A stretch of DNA of 63,886 nt, counting the filler, from Octopus bimaculoides (Eukaryota): NCBI RefSeq assembly GCF_001194135.2. It is 6 parts of 5 records of this genome, joined end to end, with 100 filler letters (N's around TTAATTAATTAA, not from the genome) between each part and the next. Parts side by side here need not be neighbours in the genome. Positions count along the whole stretch, not along the records: positions 1 to 7,952 come from NC_068981.1; positions 8,053 to 20,298 come from NC_068991.1; 4 more parts are not named here. One strand, written 5' to 3'. The notes beneath the pieces were generated by a model. It made no database searches and was not told the origin of the DNA. It worked only from the letters and a program-made list of their open reading frames with translations. The position numbers and the translations under genes are program-made. Positions 1 through 11,499 of the stretch are shown here, piece by piece. Each line of letters begins with the position of its first letter. Positions within the stretch are counted from its first letter, which is position 1.

Positions 1-1734
1 TATATATATATATATATATATTTATAGTTTTATCAATACGAACATATATGTATGCAAACATATACTCATACATACATACACATAAACTCAAACATCTACT
101 CACACCACATACGTATACGTTAATAGACTTTTACGACCATCTACTTATGCGCATAACACACGTACACATACAAGCACAAGCGCATACATATTCCAAAACA
201 TAGACAGATCCAAACACATACTTACATACACAGATACACATTTACGCAAGCACAAATACACGTTTGTATGCAATCATACCATTCATACATACAGGAGCAA
301 AACCTGATATATACGCGTGTACATATATGGAAAACCAAGTAGTGAGGGAGCGCTAAAAATTTAAAAGTGTCGTTGAGGAAATATACTTCATAGAGTGAGA
401 GAAGAAAAGGTATTGAAAAACAGGGAGGAGGGAAGAGAAAACAAGGTAAAAAGGGAGAGAGAGAGAGAGAGAGAAGAGAGAGTAACGGGCAAAATTGTAT
501 AGATAAAAATAGGAATAGAAAAAATGAAGGGAATAGTAAAGGTTATGAGAAGTAACATAGAAGAATAAACAAAAGATAATTTTCAGAAAATTATTATTAG
601 GTAATGGGCAGATACTATTTGAAAAAAACTGAAGGAATGTTTTTTCCAGTATGTACACTTGTAAACTCTCTCCGTAAACCTGTTTACCAGTTTATGCTTG
701 GAAAATAAAATAAAAAATTGCTCTTCCGTACAAAGACAAAAAGATTTCCCACTAACACAGAGAAACAATCTAGATAAAATTTTCTATTCTAAAGAAAAGA
801 GTCTTTAAGATGCCAGATTAGTTTACTAAGTCCGGTGGAGTTACGCTTTCGATTGTATTGGAAGGTAAAGTAATGGTTAGCCAGTCTGGATTTCAAAAAC
901 GTAGAGGATAAACATATATAGGTTGAAGTATATTACTTTCTGCGTGTATGTGTACGTGTGTTTATACGTATAAGTTGATAGTCGTAAACGTCTATTAACG
1001 TATCCGTATGTATTTATGTATGTGGTGTGAGTATATGTATGAGCGTATGTGTATGCATCTATCTATGTGTGAGTGTGTATATGTTTGCATACATATATGT
1101 TCGTGTTGGTAAAAATATGAATATGGATATATATATATATATATATATGTATTAACTGAAGTGTATCCATTATGCCCGATTTTACAAATCGGTTCAACGG
1201 AGTGTTAGGTAACAGTCCGATTGCGTAACCCTGTGCTCTTCAGAGATATCAATTATGGAATGAAATATGGCAGCTGCTCTCTGTTGTTGGGGATGAACAG
1301 GCCTGGTACCATAAACACCATCTGTGGGGGTGTTGCAAGTCGGCAAGAGTTTTCTGGAAAAGAGTTTATTGGAAATGTATCTTTAAGGCTGTAGAAATTA
1401 AATGTCTGCAGTGGTACTATATGCATAACGTTTGTGGGGTAGGGGTATCCAAAGGCCGCATGCACATCTGTGTTCGTTAGTGTGTTTTCTTTCTTTTACG
1501 TTTTGGATAAATTCTTGAGGAGTTTATGTATACATGCAGTGTAAGTAGGGGTATGAGGTCTCACATTGGGTGTGGTGGAAAAAGGTCTATTGGGTGAATT
1601 TAGGGGTGTGTGTTTGTGAGTGTGCTTGTGTATGTTCTAGTCAAACTCTTTGCCGAATTCCCAGATACTGGTAGTTAGAGGGCCGAAATTGGGAGACTGG
1701 TGATTATAGTCACAGTGGGACACGCGGGTATGGT

Positions 1735-2020
1735 AGGATATAATTCCTTTTATGTGGCCAGGGATTAAAAATTCATTTCTGCTGTTCAGGTAGATGTCTG
1801 GGTGCTGGGAGCTCTTTTCTCAACCAAGCATAATCTGCACTTCCTTCTGGTATGCTTTAAATTTCTCTAGAATCCTTCACTTTTTACTGTACTGAATGGT
1901 ACTTTCTTTCAATGACCATACACGCTTGGCTAGGGTTGTGGCATTATCTCTCCCTGGGATGTTGAAGGAAGACTTGTGGTTGTTATAGCGGGTTCTGAAG
2001 GGGCTTTCAGTTGCCCCATG
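1735..2020 (-). mobile_element. Penelope-like retroelement, degenerate GIY-YIG endonuclease C-terminus
   Basis: GATESPFRTRYNNHKSSFN...NATTLAKRVWSLKE..IQYS.K*RILEK, then frameshifted CRLCLVEK and YLNSRNEF..PHKRNYIL. Contains stops and frameshifts. The 5' part is lost at a (TACA)n tract. Confidence 0.85.
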
Positions 2021-2021
2021 C

Positions 2022-2052
<31 letters not shown>

Positions 2053-2466
2053 CATACATACATACACGCATACATAACACACACATATACACACATTTAT
2101 ATATACAACTATAAACATGTACATGGATGTATACATACAGATTGAGAGAAAAAAATGCATGTTAAATAATAATATCTCGACATAACGTTTCTGCATGTAA
2201 GTATTATACTTATTATAAGATATAATAAAATAAATTATCTTTGCTTGTTTTAAGTTACGAAACAATTGTTGTGATATAAGAATTTCCATTGGTTGAATAA
2301 ATTTTATCATTCTATTTTCTCACGTTATTTATAACTTCATACGCTCCTTATAGTTTTCTTTTGTATCGTACTATATATTCTTTGTTTTATAGAACGGTAC
2401 ATTAAGGAGCATTGTTATGAGTACCACTGGCTCAGTTGAAGCCATATATTGTGACTTCAGTTCATT

Positions 2467-2500
<34 letters not shown>

Positions 2501-2501
2501 A

Positions 2502-2552
<51 letters not shown>

Positions 2553-2877
2553 CGTGTGTGTGTGCGTGCGTGCGTGCGTGTGTATATTTATGTGTGTGTG
2601 TCAGTGTTTGCCACTAACCAATGCTTGACAACCGATGTTGGTGTGCTTACATCTCTGTAACTTAATGGTTCAGCAAAAGAGACCGATACAATAAGCACTA
2701 AGCTTGCAAAGAATAAGCTCTAAGGTCGATTTCTTCGACTAAAATACCCTTTAAGGTAATGCTCTAGCATGGCCGCAGTCAAATGACTGAAATAAGTAAA
2801 AGAATAAAAGAGAAGAATAAAAGATATATATATTTAACTCTATCTCCTTATATATATATATATATATATACCCCCCC

Positions 2878-2923
<46 letters not shown>

Positions 2924-3731
2924 CCACACATATATAGTATACATACATATACATATGCACATATACTAACATATACATAGATATTGATTCGAATATATTT
3001 ACACCTATAAAAGTTTATATACAATTGCTCACACGGGAAAAAATTTAAAATCAAGCTGTTCGTATTAGATATTAGATATGTATTGCAATGTGTCGTGGAC
3101 TTTTTATATGCCGAAACTTTTCATATTTTCTATGTGGGCATCGAACTAATAATTTCTCAACTTGGTTAATTGTACTAATTTTACAATGTAAGATTTCAAT
3201 TCTTCCTATTAAATATAAACTACACAATTTACTTCCAGATTTATAAAAAGTAGTGTTTCTAAAAATTGGCCAAGATAGTGAATATTTAATATTAATATCT
3301 CTTAATTCTCATATTATGGTAACCAAATAAGCCATATTTAATTTTCCATATTTAAAAGAAGATAAATGGTTATATATATGTAATTAATAGCGACAGAAGC
3401 AGTATATCAAAAGGCAATCTTTATTTATAGGTGTGTTAGAACACAAAATACTGCGTTGCTTATCTTGAGAGAAACTCTCATATAGACACTTGGCGCATAA
3501 ATACACTCGTCGGGTACGTCCGATGGAACTGCCAGATCGCGTGATTTCTCCCTGCTTGGGCTCCTCAGTGGCAGATATCTGGTAGTGACATAACAGCCGA
3601 AACCCCTGATCAATAATATATAGAATTGGAGTGACTTACTCAAGCTTTGATGTCGCAAATAGTCAGTAGGCTTATCTATATATATACATGTAGATGTACA
3701 CCATTTCGATACTGTAATGACAGATACTTTC

Positions 3732-3794
<63 letters not shown>

Positions 3795-4499
3795 TGTATA
3801 TGTATACATATAGATGTATATGTACACGTATATGTATAGATATATATATATATAGATAGATAGATCTATATGCATACATGTATATGTATACATATGTGTA
3901 GATGTATATATATATATAGATGTACATATAATATGTACACATATATACATATATATACATGCATACAGATATCTATACATATATACACCCATCACACACA
4001 CATACACATGCACNNNNNNNNNNNNNNNNNNNNNNNNNNNNNNNNNNNNNNNNNNNNNNNNNNNNNNNNNNNNNNNNNNNNNNNNNNNNNNNNNNNNNNN
4101 NNNNNNNNNNNNNNNNNNNNNNNNNNNNNNNNNNNNNNNNNNNNNNNNNNNNNNNNNNNNNNNNNNNNNNNNNNNNNNNNNNNNNNNNNNNNNNNNNNNN
4201 NNNNNNNNNNNNNNNNNNNNNNNNNNNNNNNNNNNNNNNNNNNNNNNNNNNNNNNNNNNNNNNNNNNNNNNNNNNNNNNNNNNNNNNNNNNNNNNNNNNN
4301 NNNNNNNNNNNNNNNNNNNNNNNNNNNNNNNNNNNNNNNNNNNNNNNNNNNNNNNNNNNNNNNNNNNNNNNNNNNNNNNNNNNNNNNNNNNNNNNNNNNN
4401 NNNNNNNNNNNNNNNNNNNNNNNNNNNNNNNNNNNNNNNNNNNNNNNNNNNNNNNNNNNNNNNNNNNNNNNNNNNNNNNNNNNNNNNNNNNNNNNNNNN

Positions 4500-4870
4500 G
4501 GTCAAACACTGTCTGTAGCTGGTCTTCTCTTGGAAGAGCCCTGCTTCTCACATGGACAACTGTATGTTGGCTGCTCAAGAGTGGGCAGCAAAAAAAAACC
4601 TATTTGTATATGCTCCACAAGGGAAAACAAGGAACATTGTTTACAACGAGGTGTTATAATTACAACAGCAAGAAAGTATGTACATGATCACCTTCTTTTA
4701 CGAAACTTCATTGACTTTCATATATTTATATTGATATACATATATATACGTGTGTGTTGGGTGCGTGTGTGTATATACATCTCTATATATAAAGATGATG
4801 CGTAGTCGAGACGGCGTTTTTAGATTTCATTATTCTTTTTAACCCGGGCAACGCCGGGTATTTCTGCTAG
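4500..4870 (+). mobile_element. Helitron 3' end: RepHel helicase C-terminus plus terminal hairpin and CTAG
   Basis: GQTLSVAGLLLEEPCFSHGQLYVGCSRVGSKK, a frameshift in a poly-A run, then LFVYAPQGKTRNIVYNEVL* (stop 4657-4659). Hairpin ACCCGG-GCAACG-CCGGGT at 4842-4859, CTAG at 4867-4870, followed by T. Confidence 0.92.
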
Positions 4871-5178
4871 TTAGAAATAATTATTAGAGACAGAAGCAGT
4901 ATTAATGCCGAAAGGTAAATAACGCAGTATTTTGTGTTCTAAGACAATGTCTACGTTTAGTTGGATATTTGCTAGGTGCAGATGTGTGGTCTTCAAAGAA
5001 TGTCTGGACGAATATTTATGAGACACAAACTCCGTTCTTCATCAGAAATAATACCGAAAAGAAATCCAATCAACCCAATCACACTGAAAGGCGGTGCCCC
5101 GGTATGACCGCAGCCTCTGAATGAAAGCAGTAAAAGATAAAGGATACACACACTCAACTCTGTCTGTCTGTCTGTCTG

Positions 5179-5263
<85 letters not shown>

Positions 5264-5684
5264 ATGTGTTTGTGTGTCTGTGTTTGTCCCCTCAACATCG
5301 TTTGACAACCGATGCAGGTGTATTTACATCCCCGTAACTTAGCGGTTCGGCAAAAGAGACCGATAAAATAAGTACTAGGCTTCTAAAGAATAAGTCCTGG
5401 GGTCGATTTGCTCGACTAAAGGCGGTGCTCCAGCATGACCACAGTCATACTGAAATGAGTAAAAGAGTAAAGAGTATATGCATACAGGCATATCAAATAC
5501 CACAAGGAATTCTTGATTTATCAAAATTATCACCGTCTCTAGAATATGTCTTAATTACCGAATGCCATTCACTGGAGAAGAGAAGAAAATCTCAAGAATG
5601 GAAAATACTCCAAAGTTGACAAGCTTATTGTCTGGCTATAAGAGAACAGCGGTGGCCACGTGTTTCTGGTTCAATAGCCGTTAC

Positions 5685-5756
5685 CAGCATGACAAACGTC
5701 CTGATTTATCCCCGGTAGCCAGTTGAATACATTTTTAGATAAATAATTTACATAAT
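5685..5756 (-). CDS. Candidate next MMP exon (hinge-like)
   Basis: Pyrimidine-rich acceptor (ttgtttttgtttAG), 72-nt phase 1-1 open frame (D)YVNYLSKNVFNWLPGINQDVCHA(G), donor G|GTAACG. Splicing it would give LYD rather than the usual LYG. No diagnostic motif. Confidence 0.3.
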
Positions 5757-6086
5757 CTAAACAAAAACAAGCTAAAGAAATAACTCAGAGCATCCAGTGG
5801 CAATGTATTTGAATGACATACACATATACAGGTATATCAAATACTCATATTTGCTGATGTAAGCTTGACAACTCCTTTAGACACCGAACACATTAGAAAA
5901 TCATGCCAATTATTTAACTTTTTTATGATTAGTAGTTCTCAGTGGGCCTTCACACACATTCACCAAAAAGCTAAATTTCCTTTCTGCTATTTATCATATA
6001 AAGACAAAGTCTTATGTACATTTTGCTTACATGCCAGAGGTAGATGGGAACATGTAAATCTCATTAATAATGAACATATATATTAC

Positions 6087-6242
6087 CGTACAACGTTTGT
6101 ATAGCTAATATATCGTCGATGGAGAGTTTCCCGCCATCACACTTTTTATCAAATGGCCACATAATAGCCTGATACTGCGTGGAATGTCCGAGTCCGAAGC
6201 TATGTCCAAGTTCATGTAGAGCAGTACAAAGTAGGCTAGTTC
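6087..6242 (-). CDS. Matrix metalloproteinase (M10A/matrixin) catalytic zinc-binding exon
   Basis: Reverse strand reads ttttacAG|GA ACT AGC...TTG TAC G|GTaata. This is a 156-nt phase 1-1 exon with an open frame: (G)TSLLCTALHELGHSFGLGHSTQYQAIMWPFDKKCDGGKLSIDDILAIQTLY(G). It has HExGHxxGxxH, the Met-turn AIMWP and LxxDDIxAIQxLYG, and matches the usual MMP exon boundaries. Confidence 0.93.
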
Positions 6243-6499
6243 CTGTAAAACAATTTCCAGAGAAATATTAAATTTTTTTTAAATAATGTTACACAGAAAA
6301 TATAATAGAAATTATAATAAACAAAATAATAAATGCACTAATTTTTTTCTCCTAAAACACATGCCTTTCTTCTGAAAACAAAGTATAGTCTTGTAATTTG
6401 CAAAATAGAATATACTTTCCTTTCTGTGCAGCAGCCAATAAAAGACACAGGATAGGGATTTATTACGCGCTTGCGGATGTATGTACATGCATACACACA

Positions 6500-6517
6500 T
6501 GCATATCTATCTATCTG

Positions 6518-6579
<62 letters not shown>

Positions 6580-6672
6580 ATATATGTATGTGTGTGTGTA
6601 TGCATGTGTATATATATACACGTATACACACCCACATTTATATATACATATACATGTATACATACATACACA

Positions 6673-6762
<90 letters not shown>
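6500..6762. repeat. Compound microsatellite (TATC)n-(CA)n-(TA)n
   Basis: Seen directly. Similar tracts occur throughout, for example 2465-2600, 20500-20805, 21244-21395, 27957-28090, 41288-41380, 45355-45660 and 52700-52745. Confidence 0.95.
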
Positions 6763-7079
6763 NNNNNNNNNNNNNNNNNNNNNNNNNNNNNNNNNNNNNN
6801 NNNNNNNNNNNNNNNNNNNNNNNNNNNNNNNNNNNNNNNNNNNNNNNNNNNNNNNNNNNNNNNNNNNNNNNNNNNNNNNNNNNNNNNNNNNNNNNNNNNN
6901 NNNNNNNNNNNNNNNNNNNNNNNNNNNNNNNNNNNNNNNNNNNNNNNNNNNNNNNNNNNNNNNNNNNNNNNNNNNNNNNNNNNNNNNNNNNNNNNNNNNN
7001 NNNNNNNNNNNNNNNNNNNNNNNNNNNNNNNNNNNNNNNNNNNNNNNNNNNNNNNNNNNNNNNATATATATATATACAT

Positions 7080-7400
7080 ATGTGGGCACAGGACGTCACG
7101 AAACGTGTGCAACAAAAATACGAAATACGAGTACATGGAATATGAACTATTTTTTCGAACGAAAGACACAAATGGAAAACAAGACAGATAACATAAAGAG
7201 CGACCCTTCATCAGTTGTTGGCTGTTTTCTACTCTCGTATTTCGAGCATTTAACAACAATATACGCTTTCGATAAAGCAGTTGCTCCCGCAAAACAAATT
7301 AAATAAAATTTGGGATTTTGTGGAGGGTCAAAATTGGTAACACAAACAGTACAGTGGAAACAAACAGGAAGAGCTGCTAAGCCTAAACGAAGTTGTGGTG
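7080..7400. repeat. Dispersed repeat shared with 55960-56150
   Basis: tgtgggcacagga(c/t)gtca(c/t)gaaa(c/t)gtgt.caacaaaaa at both sites. 7260-7400 matches the reverse complement of about 56000-56150. Confidence 0.6.
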
Positions 7401-7952
7401 GTGAACATGTAAATCAAGCTTGTACAGGAGACAGACAAGAACACGTCTTCCTTGTTCCAGCTCCGACGGAGAGAAAGAAAGAAACACAAGTTAGGAGAAG
7501 AAACAAAGATGGCCGATGGTCACGTGGGAGCCACGTGAGCAAGGAGCTGGAGTGAGGGAGAGAGAGTGACAGAGTAATAGGATAGAATAGTGTGAGAAGA
7601 GAAGGTAAAAGAATAAGAGAGAAAGAGAGAAAGAGTAAAAAGATCGTATAGAGTGCACATCAGAATTATTAAGATAAAACTTACTTGGAAGAGGATGCGT
7701 GGCATTCAATCATATATTTGTTGTTGGCACTCCGTAGCTTACGACGTCGAGGGTTCCAGTTGATCCGATCAACGGAACAACCTGCTCGTGAAATTAACGT
7801 GCAAGTGGCTGAGCACTCCACAGACACGTGTACCCTTGACGTAGTTCTCGGGGATATTCAGCGTGACACAGTGTGACAAGGCTGACCCTTCGAATTACAG
7901 GCACAACAGAAACAGGAAGTAAGAATGAAAGAAAGTTGTGGTGAAAGAGTAC

Positions 7953-8052
7953 NNNNNNNNNNNNNNNNNNNNNNNNNNNNNNNNNNNNNNNNNNNNTTAA
8001 TTAATTAANNNNNNNNNNNNNNNNNNNNNNNNNNNNNNNNNNNNNNNNNNNN
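7953..8052. other. Artificial scaffold linker
   Basis: 44 N + TTAATTAATTAA (7997-8008) + 44 N = 100 nt. The 12-mer places stop codons in all six frames. Confidence 0.95.
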
Positions 8053-8290
8053 GGGCATCCAGCTGTAGAAACTCTGCCAAATTTAGATTGGAGCCTGGTG
8101 TTGCCATCCGGTTTCACCAGTCCTCAGTCAAATCGTCCAACCCATGCTAGCATGGAAAGTGGACGTTAAACGATGATGATGATGATGATGAAACTGAAGA
8201 AAAGAAATCCTTCAAAGGGGTGTGTTAAACATCTAATTCACTGGTACTTCAGTTGGATACTATGTAAATATTGGTATAATTCAATTATAA

Positions 8291-8665
8291 AGATAAATTG
8301 AATATAGAGATATACTATTGACAATCCAATAATTTATTTATATTACAATATTACATTAAATACTATGAATATAATATATAACATAACAATATTATATTAA
8401 TAATTATAAAAATTCACATGCAATTTCGTCTTTTTCTAAACTATGACCCTGAAGTGACTTTATATATAGCGGAACTGTAGTTATGTATATCAGAAAAAAT
8501 ATATATATAAGCCAAAACAATTTGTTGGCCTTGTATGTTTTTTGTAATTATTTATGTTATATAATATTATGTTATATTATATTATATTCATAGTATTTAA
8601 TGTAATATTGTAATATAAATAAATTATTGGATTGTCAATAGTATATCTCTATATTTAATTTATCT
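8291..8665. mobile_element. AT-rich foldback/MITE-like element with ~130-bp terminal inverted repeats
   Basis: 8291-8420 is the reverse complement of 8533-8665. The outer ~75 bp are nearly identical (tatagagatatactattgacaatccaataatttatttatattacaatattacattaaatactatgaatataatat). Confidence 0.75.
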
Positions 8666-8698
8666 ATGGATATATTTGTATATCTATCTATCTATCTA

Positions 8699-8798
<100 letters not shown>

Positions 8799-9961
8799 AT
8801 GACTGTGTGCCTAATTTCACTTAGGATCAGCTCTGCACAAGTGTCTCCGTTCAGATATAAATATACAAATTTCTTTAACATAAGCAGAGACAATCTGACA
8901 GTGAAGCCATATGCAAACAGGCACAAATTCACAGCGAAACGAAAATCATCGATATACCAACAAAAAGACAATCACACAATGCCTTGCCCTGCATTCCTTT
9001 CAAAAACATTGATACCATTCAGCATTTGTAAATTCATTTCACTATTACTTTCTGATATTCACACATCATTTGTACTTTCATTTCACTACAACTTACTGAT
9101 ATTCCTTATCAAAAACATTTCTTGTTCCTTTAAGCTATTCTTCTGTATGATATATTTATTTTCCTTGCATTACTGTAATATTGCGTCCGAATTTCATTTC
9201 ACTATTTTTTAATGATATTTATTATCAAAAAAATGTTTCATAAAAAAAGACTGTCACAAAACGAACACCAAACAAATGCACAATGTGCATCAGAAAACGA
9301 TGATGAGATACTCGCACAGCTTGCAGATCAGTGACAGAGAAAGAAAGCTCGACATGCATCTGAAACCGAACATCAACGAAATGCTAGATAAATAAAATAA
9401 CATATGCAACTCACTTATTATTGTCATATCATAAACAAACACAAGTTCATGTATGATATTGATCTTTCTTATACTTCAATTATTACATAGTTTTCTCTTC
9501 TAAAAATACACACATACAGGTTCAGTGTGGTTCTCGATAAACTGTAAAAGTAATTACCTAATCAATGACGGGTTTTACTGCTAGTTTTATATATATATCA
9601 TCATCATCATCATCATCATCATCGTTTAACGTCTGCTTTCCATGCTAGCATGGGTTGGACGATTTGACTGAGGACTAGCGAACCAGATGGCTATGCCAGG
9701 CTCCAATCTGATTTGGCAGAGTTTCTACAGCTGGATGCCCTTCCTAATGCCAACCACTCTGAGAGTGTATTGAGTGCTTTTATGTGTCACCGGGTCGAAG
9801 GCCAGTCAGGCGGTACTGGCAATGGCCACGCTCAAAATGGTGTATTTTATGTGCCATGCCACCTGCACAGGAGCCAGTCTGGTGGCACTGGCAACGACCT
9901 GGCTCTAATGTCTTTTCACATGCCACCAGCACAAGTGTCAGTAAGGCGATGNNNNNNNNNN

Positions 9962-9992
<31 letters not shown>

Positions 9993-10621
9993 GTACACAC
10001 ACCACACACACACACACACACAGAGTTTCTCTCAGTTTTTGTCTATCAAATCCACCAGAGTCAGGCCAGGGCTAAGTATAAGATATTTGCCCAAGGTGCC
10101 ATGCTGCGGGACTGAATATAAAACCATATGATTGAGGAGCAAATTTCTTATTGCACAAAAATATTGAAGAAAATTTTATTTCATTAAAATTTTTCTAACA
10201 GCTTTCCATGTAAAATTTAACATCTAACACAACCTTCCCCATATTAATGGCAACAGCTTATGCTTTTCCCTTTTCTTTTGGTTTTATTTTTGTTTCACCT
10301 TTGTATTAACTTTGTTGAATTGTATACTAACATTATTAATTATGTTTTTGCTGCAGTTTATTATTATTATTACAATTACTTATGACCATGATGCTGATGT
10401 TGTAAATGAATGTATATACATAACATACATGTGTGTGTATATATTGATACATATATAGATACAGGCATATATATATGCAATGTGCATATATACACATACA
10501 TAGTGTATCTATATCTCTCAAAGTAAGTCAAGGTAACAAAAAAAAAAAAATGAAAAAAATTTAGTGAACATTTTTCTAAAATTCCTTTAAATTCTTTCTT
10601 GATTCTTCAAATGTTACTATA

Positions 10622-11030
10622 GGCGTAGGAGTGGCTGTGTGCTAAGTAGCTTGCTTATGAACCACATGGTTCTGGGTTCAGTCCCACTGCGTGGCACCTT
10701 GGGCAAGTGTCTTCTACTATAGCCTTGGGCCGACCAAAGCCTTGTGAGTAGATTTGGTAGACAGAAACTGAAAGAAGCTCGTTGTATATATGTATAGATA
10801 TATATATGTATGTGTGTTTGTGTGTCTGTGTTTGTCCCCCCAACATCGCTTGACAACCGATGCTAGTGTGTTTACGTCCCCGTAACTTAGCAGTTCGGCA
10901 AACGAAACCGACAGAATAAGTACTAGGCTTACAAAGAATAAGTCCTGGGGTTGATTTGCTCGACTAAAAGCGGTGCTCCAGCATGGCCACAGTCAAATGA
11001 CTGAAACAAGTAAAAGAGTAAAAGATAAAA
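10622..11030 (+). mobile_element. tRNA-derived SINE family A, full length
   Basis: A box (gtggctgtgtg) and B box (ggttcagtccc), internal (TA/TG)n, tail agtcaaatgactgaaacaagtaaaagagtaaaag. Other copies or halves at about 2610-2822, 5255-5473, 10011-10145 (minus), 14286-14570, 20101-20260, 24005-24160, 33440-33680, 42140-42290 and 42370-42557. Confidence 0.85.
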
Positions 11031-11499
11031 CAATAAATATAAAGCAAATATAATGTACAAGTTAAGCAAGTTCCCAACTGTGAGATTCCTGAAAGGAAAT
11101 AGAGAATTTCTATTATTTTCATTTATTTGGAAGAAGGCTGCAAGCTATCAGAATTGTTAGCATGCTGGGAAAAATGCTTAGCAGCATTTTGTCTGTCTTT
11201 ACGTTCTGAGTTCAAATTCTGGTGATGTTGACTTTGCCTTTCATCCTTTCAGTGTCAATAAAATAAGTACCTGTTGAACATCAGGGCTGATGTAATTGAC
11301 TGGACCCCTTCCTTGAAATTTGAAACCAGTATTTATTTGGAAGACGTGTAATGTTTGTGGCCAATCACAAATAGAAAGGATTAGAGCTGGAATCATGTGG
11401 AATTCCATAGATGTAATGATGTTGCAGTAATGTCCCCAAAGAGCCATTATCCTTTCTGGCAATCAACATATCAAACTCCTTAAATTTAATGTATTAAAA

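Noticed and set aside
2401-2470. Plus-strand acceptor followed by VEAIYCDFS, similar to the RT motif VDAIYLDFS
   Set aside because: The match is too short, has no supporting flanking motifs, and runs into a microsatellite.
3425-3658. ORF containing VPSDVPDEC as a possible MMP hinge exon
   Set aside because: No phase 1 acceptor enters that frame. The G-starting acceptor gives a stop after 12 codons, and the flank is shared repeat sequence.
7997-8008. TTAATTAATTAA recurring five times as a possible biological motif (homeodomain, PacI-like or piggyBac site)
   Set aside because: It is always centred in exactly 44+44 N, so it is an assembly linker.
10622-10700. tRNA-like sequences with A and B boxes (also 25119-25190 and 38470-38560)
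   Set aside because: They are heads of multi-copy SINEs continuing into SINE bodies, with no complete cloverleaf.
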